Positions 26,162 to 38,235 of a DNA stretch of 64,000 nucleotides are shown here, one piece after another. The stretch comes from Lama guanicoe (taxonomy: Eukaryota): positions 1,404,076-1,468,075 of the forward strand of contig MU056277.1 of the NCBI GenBank assembly GCA_013239625.1. The letters run 5' to 3'. The position numbers and the translations under genes were made by a program. The notes under the pieces were generated by a model. It did not search any database, was not told the DNA's origin, and saw nothing but the letters and a program-made list of their open reading frames with translations. Numbering within the stretch: the first letter of the stretch is position 1; the number at the start of each line of letters is the position of its first letter.

Positions 26162-27167
26162 TTTCCATAAAAGGGGGTGGCGTCACAGGGGGCAGGGAAG
26201 GCCAGTAAGGCCCAGAGGGGCAGACAGAGGAAGTAGGAATTTCCGGAGAAGGGACAGCAGGACCCAGCGCCGCCGCCTGGCCACAGCGGGTCACGGCGAT
26301 GGTGGTTCTCACGGCAGTTTAATTTCATAACCTTTTCTACTGAAAAATTTTTCATACACTTAAGAAATACGAGTTAAAGGAGTCAGTGTCCTCAACTTGG
26401 TCGTTTTCTTTCCTGAGTGCCCGTGCCCCCACCTCCTCCTTCAGCGCTGTCCCCACCCCAGAACAGGCCCAGGCGGGTTCCGAGAGGCGCTCGGCCCTGT
26501 GTGAGAGGCCGTCTGAGTTCACAGAGCATGGCATTCTCCATCTCAGTCCTCTCGTCGGCTCCAGCCTCTTTGTGAGGGGAGTCAAGAGAACTGTCCAATG
26601 TCTTTTTGTGTTTCCTACAAAAAATACCAAACACAAGACGGTCCTTCGGCTGGTGAGAGGCACCTTACAGAGTCAGTTTAATAATCTGTACGTGTGTTTC
26701 CTGGTTGTTGGAAGAGCTCTGCTACGAGCAGACCGTTGTATTATCACTCATTTTTGTTGACGGTGACACACCTTCAAATAGAACACGGAGGTGGCGCATC
26801 AGAACAGGCTTGAAGCTGCAGTTTCAAAGCATCGATCTGTGGCAGCGGTTCAAAGACAAACAGAGAAAACGCTGCCCACTGTCCACAGGAAAACAGCTCA
26901 AGGACGCAGCTGTTGATGCTGCTGAGAGCGCGGTGGCTCGTCTTGTTCTGTGCCCGGCGGAGGGTCCTCCGAGAGCACGACCGCGTTTGCTTTGTCTTTC
27001 CTTTTCTGCTGCGTCAGCAGCTCGGCCGCACCTGTCCGCCGGCCACGCCAAACAGACACCTTCTCGTCCTAGTTAGTGTCTCTGTGAGCCTCACGCCAAT
27101 GGTCTCACCTCTGCCCGGCTGACGCACCCGGACAACAACTTCTCGTTCACCACTTAAGTATTTCTCT

Positions 27168-27262
27168 AGGATCATAGGGTGTTAGAGTTGTCAGAGACCT
27201 GTAGGGCCGCCTGGCTCATTTCTAAGCCGTATCATGCCCATGAGAGAGCTTTGGTGAAGTCT
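27168..27262 (-). mobile_element. MIRc/MIR3-like fragment
   Basis: aggatcatagggtgttagagttgtcagagacctgtag resembles agaatcatagaatgttagagctggaagggaccttag. Confidence 0.45.
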
Positions 27263-27718
27263 GGGGGCCCCCCCAGGAACAGGTGTGCTTAAACCTCACA
27301 TACCCAGGGGTCGGTCCTCGCAGCTCCTGGCATGCAGATACAGAAGCAGAGTGCTGTGATTACCAGAGAGATGCCTGGGTGTTTAGCCCATAAATGAGGT
27401 CTTTTCAAAAGATTAGCAACCTGTTTATCCCCATTTCTGCTTTCATCGTCTGCCTGAGCTGAGTGAAATCGGCAGTGGTCTCTTTGAGTTCTAGAAAACA
27501 GGATTTTGGAACGCTCAACCAGGAAGCCAGACACCCTGGAAGCCCCGAGTTCCAGTTTTCATCAACTGTGGAAGTACTCTGGGTTTAGTGATTCTTTTGG
27601 GAGAAGAAAACCCACATCTGCTTTCCCCAAGGACAGGGCGTCAGTCAGGCCACCGGGTCTGGCATCCGTAAGTTGTAGCAGTGAAGCCACAGGATTCAGG
27701 CCCTTCTCAGAGGCAGAG

Positions 27719-28040
27719 CAGGGCGCGGCCACCTACATCCTGGGGCCATACTTGGCCCACACCCACTCCTGTAGGGTTGGTGGTCTAAGGCTGACGTTCA
27801 CATTTCTAAAAGGATAGGAAACAAATTAGAAGAATGGTATTTCATGGCGCATGGAAATTATATGAAGTTTCAGTGTCCTTAAATGAAGTGTGATTGGCAC
27901 ATAGCCATGCCCATCGTTTACATAAGGCTGCTCTGGGGCCACAGGGGCAGGATTGAGTGAGTGCAGCAGAGACGGTTTGGCCTGCAAGGCCCCAGATGTC
28001 TCCTGTCCGTCCCTTTAAGAGGAAAAGTTTGCGACGCCCG
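27719..28040 (+). mobile_element. MER58B (hAT-Charlie MITE)
   Basis: cagggcgcggcc...agaagaatggtatttcatgg...aaattatatgaagtttcagtgtcc...agccatgcccatcgtttaca...cagagacggtttggcctgcaag...aaaagtttgcgacgcccg. Confidence 0.85.
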
Positions 28041-29896
28041 CAGTAGATGGAGGTCACGCCTGGTGCCCTGTGCTGTCTGTCATTCACACCATCTGCTCTG
28101 AGCACTTACCAGGTTCTGTTTAGGTACCTGGCACCGTGGTTCTGAAATCCCCCAGTCCCCTCTCAACCCACAGTGTCCGGAACTTCAAAATGCAACAAAG
28201 ACAGGGACACTGATGGATAATTAAAATACACGTAGCTGACCGTTTGGCATTGAAGACCCAGACATGGCAGGCACACCAAACCCATTTCGAATGATTCTCC
28301 CTAAACACGTGCATTTTATCAAAGGCTGAGGAATCCCGCTTGTTTCAGGCACAGCGGCCACAGGACCCGGCTCAAGCTCTGGACGCGCTGAGTGTGTCTG
28401 CTTCCCTCCTCGGGCCTCTGGGGCAGGCCTCCTGGGGCCCACGCTTCCGGGGAGTACCCTTCTCCATGCAGCCAGGCTTGCAGAGCTCATGGTCGGGACA
28501 GCAGGCGAGTGTGGGCAGGACCAGTGCTGATGCGAAACCAAATGCACGTTTGCCTGCCTGCTGTTTGGCCCGGAGTTTCTGGAACCTTTCAGTTACGCGT
28601 TATGTAATAAGAGCCAGTCAGCTCAGCGACAACGAGCTTCTGAAAGACGGAAAGTGTCGTTTTAAAAAAAGGGGTGAACACACATCAGGCTGTAAAACCG
28701 AGGTCGTCTTCTGTTTGCCGCCGGTTGGCTGCCTGTCCAGTCGTTGCCTCTGAGAGCTGGGTCCCTGTTCTCAGAATTGCCAGCGGGGGCTGTAATCCTC
28801 TCCGGGTCTCCTCTGCGTCTCAGGACTGGATGATTGCCGTGTAATGAGATCAGGCTGTCACTACACCAGTGTGGGTGTGAGCGCCACGGAGCAGACAGCT
28901 GCCCCTTGCAGGGCCTCCCCCGGGGGGCCGAGGGCTTTGTCAGCGTGCCAGGTGAGGGCTGTGTCCTGCCCTATGCCTGGGGCCGGCAGTCGTGGTGGAA
29001 ATCTGGCATCTCAAGCTCCCCTTCTGACGTTTTGACTTTTCTATTACTGCCAACATTGAAGGGCACCAGTGACAGTGAGAGAGATACGCGGGGACATCCA
29101 GGTTCGCCTTGCGCTGCGTTTCCTGCTGCTCCCTGTGTCACCTCCAGGGAGAAGCAGGTTAGCACAAAGCACCCGAAGTGGCCACTGGAGTTGCAGCTTT
29201 AAGCCCCTGGCGTTTACTTAATGAGAATTAACTTGAGGGAAAGGGACGCAGTCTCCTCTTCTGCGATGTTCAGGGATACCGGTGTCACCTCCAGCGGTGG
29301 GCGGTCGGTAGTGGGAGCAGATGGACTTGAGCAGAGGCAGAGGCTCACTTCCCGACGGACCCGCCTCTCCTGCCAAGGGCAGCATCTGTGCGCCACGGTG
29401 GCTGTGTGAGCGTGCACGGAGCCCTGGACACCGAGCTGGGCCTCCGCGTCCACCGCCTCACTTAGCCCCTAACGCCTCTTTGAAGTAAGTACTTCAGTAA
29501 CCCCCGAGCCAGTGGAGAGGCCGTGCTCAGAGAGCCTTGTTGTCTTGCTGAAAGTCACCTGGCTTGGAGGAGTTCAGGTCCATGTGACTGTTGCCACCTG
29601 TGCTCTTAGCTGTCGAGTTAAGTGGCGACGGGGGACTTTGCGTCCTTTGTCGTGATCTGCGCTGGGAACTGCAGCAGGGCAGCCACGCAGGAGTTCTCCA
29701 TCGATGGACAACATTCCAGGCAGTTCCAGGAGGTCCGGCAGGTGGCCCAGACTCAAAGCAGGAAACTCAGCTCCCAGCTTGGCGCCCTCCAGGGGCTCAG
29801 CTTCCTGCTGGACGAAAGGCAGGGCCCTTGGCCGTGGGTTCCTGCTTGTTCTTGGAGGAGCCGGTTCCCAGGGGTGGGTTGGTGTGGAGGAGGCCA

Positions 29897-29931
29897 GTCT
29901 CCTCCGGCCTCTCCTCCAGCCTCTCCTCCAG
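29897..29931. repeat. Three imperfect copies of a 12-mer (cctctcctccag)
   Basis: gtctcctccggcctctcctccagcctctcctccag. Confidence 0.7.
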
Positions 29932-31359
29932 CGAGGGCACCTGGTCTGTTCTGGACGCTGAGGGTTTAGGCACTGAGCGACCTGAAGCCTTCCTTGCCAA
30001 AGCCATCACAGAATGGCAGGTAAGAGCAGATTAAAGAGGAGAGCCGCTCAGGGAAATTTCTGTATTTTTAATGGAGCAGAAAACAGTGTTTAGCTTCTAA
30101 AGGGAACTGCAGAAAGAGAGCTCTTAATAGGTTCAGTCTGCTTTTTCTCCCTGTGGGCGCAGCTGGCCCTGATGAGATGGTGCATGTCATTAAGGGCAGG
30201 GTTTTGCCCAGAAAAAATTAGGAGGCGCTGTGAAGGGGTAAGCGACTTGTGGTGAGAGTGAGGAGGGGACCGTGAGGTCAGCGGCCTTTCTTTTTTGGAG
30301 GAGAGACATCTGGTGACCGTGGCAAGCTCTGTCGATGTCCTGCCACACCAGAGGCACTGACCGTGCGGCCAGGGGAGGCTGAGGGCTTCCTGCCGTCTCT
30401 GACAAGCCACTGTCTCCTGAACTTCAGTCCACTGGTGGCGAGATGCCAAGGGCCCTTGCCTCGTGAATGCCCTCCCCTGGGGTAGCTGCTCACAGAAGGG
30501 TCCCGTTTTATTACCGAGAGGCCTTTGAAGGCGACAGAAATGCTTCAGAATGTCACATCCCTCAGTAATGCATATGGCATTTGGTGGAGAGAGAAAGCGC
30601 ATCTTACCTTTCCTGCAGTGGCTGTGCGTTATACTTTATTTCATTTCTGGTAGCCGCACTTGTCTGGCGTTTTAGTGCTGCACACAATGCTGCAGCAGAC
30701 CCCTTGGCACCACGTACACCGTGAGAACGTGGTGCCGGAAGGGGGCCAACGGTGTGAGCAGAGAGAGTTTCTCACTCCCCCGTCCCGATTTGTTTCCATC
30801 AGTGTTTGAAGACTAAGTCTCTGTGCCCCTAGACTCTGTAATGTGATGAGACTCCGAACGCAGGTGGGGACAGGCCAGGGGCCACCACTCTGGCTGGAGT
30901 CCTTGAGGGTTTCCAGTGCTGGAGTGGGTGTCTCAGATCCTACGCCCCGACCTCCTAGGGTCCAGGCTGCTGCCCCCACCCCGCCCTACTGGGTTCGGAG
31001 CATCTTCTGGAACAAGCTTGGGCAGTGGAGAACCACCGTCCTGAGAGTTGGGAGCTGAGGCTGTGACAGCTGACAGCTTTTCATCCCCTCTCCCCACGCC
31101 TTCCGGCTGCGCTGTGAAGTGGCCTCAGGGTCAGGATACCAATGAAGAGAAAGCTTCAACTGGACATCGGCATTCTTATCCGAAGCCTCAGAGAAAGCGC
31201 AGGAAACAAGGTGAGGAAGCCGCCTCTCCGTGAGGAAGGCAGCCCAAAGAGGAAGAGCCGTGGTGGCGAGTGGAAGGCGTTGTGCTTTATGGCCCAGCAG
31301 GTGCCTGGGCTGGTTATCTGTGGTGGACGGTGACACTGTCTCTGTGACACGGCACGTGC

Positions 31360-31883
31360 TTAGGCTCAGATTTACCCTATGACCTGGCAGCCCCACTCCT
31401 CGGTGCCCACCCCAGATGACCGAGAGTAAGCGCTGGACGCGGGCGTACAGTTGGGGTCCACGAAGGCTCCCAGGGCGCTGTGCAGCAGGGCCCCGGACAG
31501 AAGACGGGCGAGCCCCGTGCGGTCCCTCCGCGCAGGCTGTTCCTCAGCCTCAGAAAGTGAAGCACCGCCACCGCCACCGCCACCGCCACTGCCTGGACCG
31601 ACCTTGAGGACATTCTGCTGCTCGAAAGAAGCCAGACACAGAAGTTCACATGGTCTCTGATTCTGCTTCTAGGAAATGTCCAGAAATGGCAAATCAGTGG
31701 GGACAGGAAGTAGACAGACGGCTGCCAGGGGCCAGGGAGGGGGGGACTGCTTTGGGCGAGGGGTTTAGAATCTGGCGGATGTGGTGGTCGCACGATGTTG
31801 TAGATGTACTAAATGCTGTCAAGTGGTTCACTTTAAAATGGTTCATGTCACGTTATGGAGACTTCACTCTGGTAAAAAAAAAA
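31360..31883 (+). mobile_element. LINE-1 3' end (L1MB-like) with A-tail, strongly GC-shifted
   Basis: ttaccctatgacctggcagccccactcctcggt; gaccttgaggacattctgct; gaaagaagccagacacagaag; aggaaatgtccagaa..ggcaaatc; cactttaaaatggtt; A-tail at 31874-31882; internal (caccgc)4 at 31563-31586. Confidence 0.88.
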
Positions 31884-32635
31884 GTTTTTTTTTAAGAAAC
31901 ACTTCAAAGGCGCAGTACAAGGAAAGAGAGCAGACTTCTGTTTCCCGTTTCGTGTTCCGTTTGCAGGCAGAGATGTGCACGTTCCATTTTGACAGTGGCT
32001 CTGATTGAGGGTCAGCTGGCTGTGCTCAGACCGCAGGCCGTGTGTTGACCTTGGCATTGGCTCAGAGCCGCTTGGTGGGGCTTTGTGCAGGTTTTCTCCT
32101 CACTTGAGATTTGGATCAGATGTTCCCTGGTGGGTGGGTGATTTTGGTTTGAGCAAGTGGCAGTATCGATCCTTTATTTTATGATAAAAAGGAAAACTAA
32201 GAAGTTTTCTGTAGGTTTAAAACTTGTTGGTCACCAGGTTCTTTTGGTACAGCTCTGTCACAGGCCAGTTCTGTCAGCCACCACCCTCCCCACGGGAGGC
32301 GGAGGTATTTCGTGAAGCGAGGTGTCTGCCGGGTGTCCACCTCAGAGGCTCAGGACATGTCACGGGTGTGGGCGATGGGTTTCTAAATGCTTCCTGTTTC
32401 ACAGAAGCTTCTCTTCCCTCCACTGGTCCTCCCTCCGGCCGCACCCTCACTGGACTGTCTGCGGTCCACATCCATCACAGCGACTGCTGCGTCTGCCGCA
32501 GCCCCTGGCTAATCCAGGTGGGAGTTCACAGCGGGTTTCCAAGAGGACCGGCTGCATGCCTTCTCGGTGCAGGCCCTGAGGGGCGAGTGGGATGGACACA
32601 GTCCTTGCTCTCAGGAGCCCCTGGCCTTGGATGCT

Positions 32636-32744
32636 GATGATGCTCTGAATGTGGAGCTCAGTGAAACTCACCCCTTGGACGCAGCGGTCAGTGCTCAGAC
32701 GGTACTTGGATGATGCTCTGAATGTGGAGCTCAATGAAACTCAC
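32636..32744. repeat. Direct repeat pair, 36 bp x2 (35/36 identical), 37-bp spacer
   Basis: gatgatgctctgaatgtggagctca[g/a]tgaaactcac at 32636-32671 and 32709-32744. Confidence 0.9.
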
Positions 32745-33109
32745 AGGGACCGCACAGCAGGCTGTGGGAACTGGGGACAGTTGTCATGAGAGGGATTAAA
32801 ACTTTAAGTGGATTTTGAAGATTGGGTAAAATTTGCTCTGTGTTTTAATTTAGTACCTGTTATTATTTTATATAACAAAGCTAGACATAGCTGTTGTCCC
32901 CAGATCAGACACTACAGACAGGAGGAAAAAGACTGAAAACAGTCGTATCTGACTAGTCAAGACAAGACCGGGGCATGGTGCACGCCTCTTTCCAGAAGCC
33001 CTCCCGCTGCCATACGCACTTGGTCACACGCGCTGTCCATCCACCTGCTGCTCAGCGCGTGCCGGGCACGGAGCTAAGGAGACACATACAGAGAGAGAGG
33101 AATGGAACC

Positions 33110-33730
33110 AGGACATCCACAACGTGTTGTAATCTGCTTTTTCTTCTAATAGCGTATTGATTTTCCCCCATGTAAACACATTTATTTCTTCAGCATCATT
33201 TTAAATGACTGCGAACTGTTCCATCACGAAGCTCTGACAGTCACTCACGTGTGCCCTTGCGGTGGATTTTCCACTCTTGCTGGGATGTCAGGCTGTGATG
33301 AACCCCTGGTCCAATCACTTGCACACCTTCCCTTACTTCCTTTGGGTCAGTTCTCAGAATCGTTGCACCAGGGGCATGGACTGTTACAGGTCTTTTCTGG
33401 CGCTCCCCTGGACGGCCTCCTCAGCTGCACGCATTTCCACTCTGCCCAGCAGGAGTGTTGTGTCTGTTGCCCTGAGAGCTCACCGAGAATGCTTGGCCGG
33501 TTTGTTAGGTGAGATCCACCACCCATTTGCGTTGATGTGATTACACTGAGCACTAGGTTTCACACGCTACCTCGCGATTTCCCCCCTCCCCCCCCTCCTC
33601 CCCCTCCTTCCCGCCGGCCTCCTCCTCTCTCCCTTCTTCCATTTCCTCTTCCTCTGCTTTGAATTGCCTGTCACACTGTCGGCCCGTTTCTCCTGTTGTT
33701 TTTATTACTGGTTGGTAGGAACTTCATTAC
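33110..33730 (-). mobile_element. Ancient LINE-1 fragment (L1ME-like)
   Basis: tcattttaaatgactgcgaactgttccat; ggctgtgatgaac; atttccactctgcccagcag; tgaattgcctg...gcccgtttctc are antisense L1 3' landmarks; interrupted by a pyrimidine tract. Confidence 0.6.
33578..33656. repeat. Polypyrimidine/polypurine low-complexity tract
   Basis: Nearly all C/T: several C-runs separated by single T or ctc units, continuing ...ctcctcctctctcccttcttccatttcctcttcctct. Confidence 0.75.
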
Positions 33731-34608
33731 GGCTGAGGAGACGCCCTAGGAACGGGCAGGGGGCCCAGAGCACATGAGGGTGGAGAGGCCGAGGCCGGTG
33801 CACAGAGGCCTCAGAGGCCAGGCTCAGAGCTCTGAACAGACGCTCCGAAACACCCCTGAGCACGTCCACCGGGGCCCGTCTGGTTGACCGGAGGCCAGTG
33901 AGCTGTTATTTCAAGATGGTCCTGATCTCTTTCATCTGCAGGAGTGGAGGGGTTTCCAGGGTGAGGATTTTCAGAAGTGCCGACGAGCTCAGATAGCAGG
34001 TCTGCGGCTCCCTGGGCCGTGGGAGTGCGGGTTCCTGGAGACTGAGCCTGGCTGCGAGTGACTGTCACCGGGTCAGGGAGTCCCTTGGTCAGGGAGGCGT
34101 CACGGTGCCTGGTGCTGCAGGAAAGCCCCAGGTCGGGAGATGTTTCTAACTTGTGGGCCGAGAGGCTGGGGGTGAATGAAGCCCACCCGAAGGTGACGCC
34201 CCACAAGAGAGGATGGCTCCAGGAAAAAGTCACATTTGATTGGAAGCAGAACCGACTAAAAGGGCTCGTTCAGTGGGTTGGCTGGCGCTGGGGCTCGTGG
34301 TCCCCTTGGACCTTTGTTTGCCAGGCCTGTTCTGGAGCAAGGTGCGTCTTCTGCACCCAGCTCACCTGTGTCTGGGGTGGTTGGGGGTGCCTGTGACGCA
34401 ACCACAGCCGGGGAGGCCTGGAGACTGCTGGCTTTTGTTTCGCTGGGTGGCTTCCCGTGAGGGACAATTACTAAAGGGTTTCAGGAAGGATCAACTTTTT
34501 AGGTGAGCCCGGTCTGATACACAGGCCGACTCCAGCCGTGATGGGCTCCAGGAAATTGCATGTGTCCTTTGACCCCTCTGAACTCTAATCACCTCACATG
34601 TCACTTCA

Positions 34609-34980
34609 TCCTAGTCGTGCTCTGTGGCACCCAAATTCCTACCTGGAAGCTCTGACCTCCAGAATGTGACTTTATTTGGAAATAGAGTGATTGCAGGCAG
34701 GATTAATTGAGGTCACACTGGGGGAGAGAGGCCCTAATCCAGTGACTGGCGTCCTTGTGAAAGGGAAGTCTGAACACAGAAGAGACCCCGGGAGACGCCG
34801 TGGGGAGACTGGAGTCCTGCTGCCGGGAACCACTAGACGCCCCGGAGAGGCTGGGATGGATCCTCCCCTGCACCTGCAGAGGGAGCGGCCCTGCCCACAC
34901 CTCCCTCCCTGACTGCTGCCTCCAGGGTGTGTCTGTTGCGGTGTAGCTTTGCCACGGTCCCCCGGGTACTGATCCGCACA
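34609..34980 (+). mobile_element. MLT1 (ERVL-MaLR) solo LTR, MLT1B-like
   Basis: cagaatgtgactttatttggaaatagagtgattgcagg; gaggtcacactgg; ccctaatccagtgactggcgtccttgt; ccctgcccacacc. Confidence 0.85.
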
Positions 34981-35929
34981 CCTACCTGGGAAGATGTGGG
35001 AGTGCTGCGTGGGCTCCATGTGTGGAAGGTCCTGGCTCCTGGCAGCAGGCCCACTGCGCCTCTCCCATCCCCAGAATGTGTCCTGGGGCCCCACAAAAGC
35101 ACTGAAAAGTAAGCCATTTTAGTTATTTTCCGCCTTTTTCGAAGTGAAAAGGCAAGCAGGTCATTGTTCCTTCTCGACGCTTCTTTCTGAACTTGTGTGA
35201 TGCAAATCCCCAGAACCCAAGGCAGACCTCTGGAAGGACTCTGCGCTGTGTGGCAGGGAAGGTCAGACTGTTTGGAAAAAACTAATGATTAGTTGACAGT
35301 GGCTGTACGACAGGTTCCATAACAACGGAATTAATCCGTGGAGGGAAAATTAGGAGGTAGTTTGCCCCTGAGCGAGCTGTATGGGGTTTGCACGTTAGTT
35401 AGCGTGATGAGTGCTTGTCGGGACAGACAGCAGCACCCCGGGGTGCCTCATTTAATCAGCTGGGAATATCAAGTTGATTAATCCGCCAGAGCTGCCACCA
35501 CCCTGGGCCGGCTCCCATCCTGCAGGACGCGCCCGGCTCCACGAGGCAGCCCCGCAGAAGGGCCGGTTCGTGGCGGGCACGACCCTCGGCTGCTGTAACT
35601 GGGTCGTTGCAAATGCTCACCTGAAGGGCTGCCCACAGGTGGGGAGGGGGCTTTTCTTCCGTGCCCCAGGCCTGCAGAGGGGTCCTTGATGTCCGTGCCC
35701 AGGACTCTGGCCTCCAGGTGAGCAGCAGGTGGCCCTGATGGTGTCCCCGGACACTGCTGAGTTGGACGTCTCTCGGGGACCCACACCCACATCTGCAGAC
35801 AGGGGCACCAGCATCTGACTGAGCTGAGGACTCTGTGCAGCCCAGGTGGGTGGCTCCACCCCGATGTCCCAACAGGACCACTCCTTTCCTGTTACGGGAG
35901 AATTACCGAGAAGTAAGAACTGTTTTCTG

Positions 35930-36366
35930 CAGGCACCTGGGAGACGTTGCAAATCTGGTCCTGGCCGCCGCCATACAGTGAGCACCAGCGTAAGAGTCAC
36001 AAGGGTTTTTTGGTTTCCCGGTGCACGTAGGGTTACGTCTCCACTGCCCTGTGGTCTGTTACGTGTGCTATGGCATCAGGTCCATCAAAGCCAACGAACA
36101 CAGCGTGTTTGAAGAATACATTATTGCTAAAAAGTGCTAACCTTCGCCTGAGCCTTCAACAGTAAGATCACAGATGACCTTACAAATATAATAATAATGA
36201 AAAAGTCTGGAATATTGTGAGCGTCACCAGAATGCGACACAGAGGCAGGAAGTGAGCAGATGCTGCTGGGAAAGCAGCTTCGACTTGCCCCACGCAGGGG
36301 TGTTCCAAGCCCTCGGTCTGTGGAAAACTCAGTAGCTGTGAAGTGCAGTGAAACGAGGCCTGCCTG
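35930..36366 (-). mobile_element. Non-autonomous Tigger1 derivative (TcMar-Tigger, Tigger1a_Art-like)
   Basis: Termini caggca... / ...cgaggcctgcctg. Both Tigger1 ends (gagtcac...ttttttggtttccc; ttattgctaaaaagtgctaacc; gatcacagatgacc...ataataataatgaaaaagt) are joined with no transposase; 437 bp. Confidence 0.88.
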
Positions 36367-38044
36367 TGGTTTGGTTCTAGGAGGGTGAACGTGCTCCTTT
36401 TTCCGCTTTATGTGAGTCCAGGAGCACCAGCGTGTGGCAGCAGGGAGCCGGGGTGTGAGGGGCCCCACCGCTGCAGCCCCTGACTGCGGTCCGGGTGAGC
36501 TGCAGGCCCGCACGGGGCCCGCACTCCTGTGCAGTGTGACCTTGTGTTCGCATGGATGCTGGACTGACAGGGTGGGGGTGGAGGTCGGGGGAGCAAACTG
36601 GCCCAGAGGGGAGGAAAAAAGCGTGTGGATGAGTAGCGTCCTTATTTTAAATCAGGACGCCCTGGGCGGTTGTGAAGCGCTGGTGGGACAACACAGTGCG
36701 GTGTCCTGAACTCGCTGCGTCCAGCCCTGGACCTTTGGATTGTAGCTCGCTTCTTGGTCTTCGGTCTCCGTTTGCACAGTCTAACAGTTCATTGTCTCCT
36801 AATTTTAGAATCTTGAAATAGTTCTCAAGTGGTAGCTTTGGCAACTTCAAAATCTTATGATAAAGGCAACAAAGAAAATTAGCATGTATATATTAGCATG
36901 ATTTTTTATTAGCCTTGAGAAATAAAGCTTGCTATTTTAAAAACTGCTCAACAGCAAACAAGGAGCACTTACCGGTATTGCTGACGAGAAGAGGAATTTT
37001 CTGGCGTTTTACCTTGTAGCATAATTAAAGAGTCTTGGTGAATACGTTATTATAGCTGTGTGGTAAAACTTACATTAAGACTTCTACTATTTATAAAATA
37101 TATTGTCTTGTAAAATGTTTCTTGTTTGGCTTTATGAAAACACGAAAACCTCTTACAGCAACAGCATTCTCTGAGCATCTCCGACAGCACATTAAGACCA
37201 CACGTGCCGCCGCGCTGGCGGGAAGGGGCCCTCTGAGCTCCTGGATATTTGCATGTTAGTGATTGAAGGGTATTATTTTCTGTCAAGGGAACATCTCTTA
37301 GCAACATATCATCTTATGAGCAAGATTTGAAAAGATACGTATTTAAAATAAATCTTCATTTCACTTTTGAAAGAAAAGTGCAAATGTAACAACAGTTTAG
37401 AATCTGTCTGCTGGGAGCGTGGGGGGCGCCTCAGAGCCCCCCCCAGTGCCCCGGGGCCTGGCCCAGCTTGGGCGCTTCCTTCCTTCTCAGGCCGGAAGCA
37501 TTTCTCCTGTATTTTCCACGTCTGTGTCCACATTTGCTTTCATGTGATCTCACTCCCGTTTCTTAGTCTGATTAACTTCCACTGGGAAAGAAAGCAGTGT
37601 GGCCCCAGCGTTGTTAACTGCCAAGTGGGCGGTGACCCTCGATGCCGCAGGTGGGGGATGGTCATCCCTCGGGTGACGTGCTGGGTTCTGTGGGTGGTGC
37701 CTGGGAGCTTCCTTACAGCAGTGAGCGCCACGCGTTTTCCCAAATCCAGACTTGGGAGGGCCTTGCAGCATTGCCTTTTCCTGTGCCGGGATCTCTCTGC
37801 TGGCCACCGCGTTGCAAAGTGGACTTAGCTTGTTGGGAAAATGTGAAGAAAATAGGTCATGACAGGGTCCGCTGTAAACACAAGAGAGCGGCCTCAGCGG
37901 TGGTCCCACAGGCGGCCCCCGCCCTCCTCTTCCATCTCTGTGTCACCGTCACTGTCTCTGGACCAGCTCGGATGGCCGGTCCCACATCCAAAGTGTGCAG
38001 CTGAGCCAGCAGGGAAACTGCCCGTGTCTCAGAGCCCTGAGCTC

Positions 38045-38235
38045 GGGCCGTTTACTGAGCACCTGCTGTGTGCCGGGCCGTGTGAGCCCAAGTGTGTGTG
38101 CGCCAGGCACCTACGACCACCTGCCGGGCTCCGACGCCCTCACTTTGTATAAGTGAAGACGTCCACACCACAGCCCATGACCGGCAGGATTCCCACCCGG
38201 GTCTGCTTCACTGCAAACCGCATGCTGCAGCCTTG
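38045..38235 (-). mobile_element. MIR SINE (GC-shifted)
   Basis: cgtttactgagcacctgctgtgtgccgggc...cactttgtataagtgaagac...caggattcccacccgggtctg. Confidence 0.55.

Noticed and set aside
25941-28040. Inverted MER58A/MER58B pair as a composite transposon or dsRNA substrate
   Set aside because: Each is a complete independent MITE, no transposase lies between them, and they look too diverged for stable pairing.
32636-32744. CRISPR-like geometry (36-bp repeat, 37-bp spacer) or C/D snoRNA (tgatga...ctga)
   Set aside because: Only two repeats, no cas genes, mammalian context. For a snoRNA, the terminal stem and the ctgaggtcca end typical of SNORD113/114 are absent.
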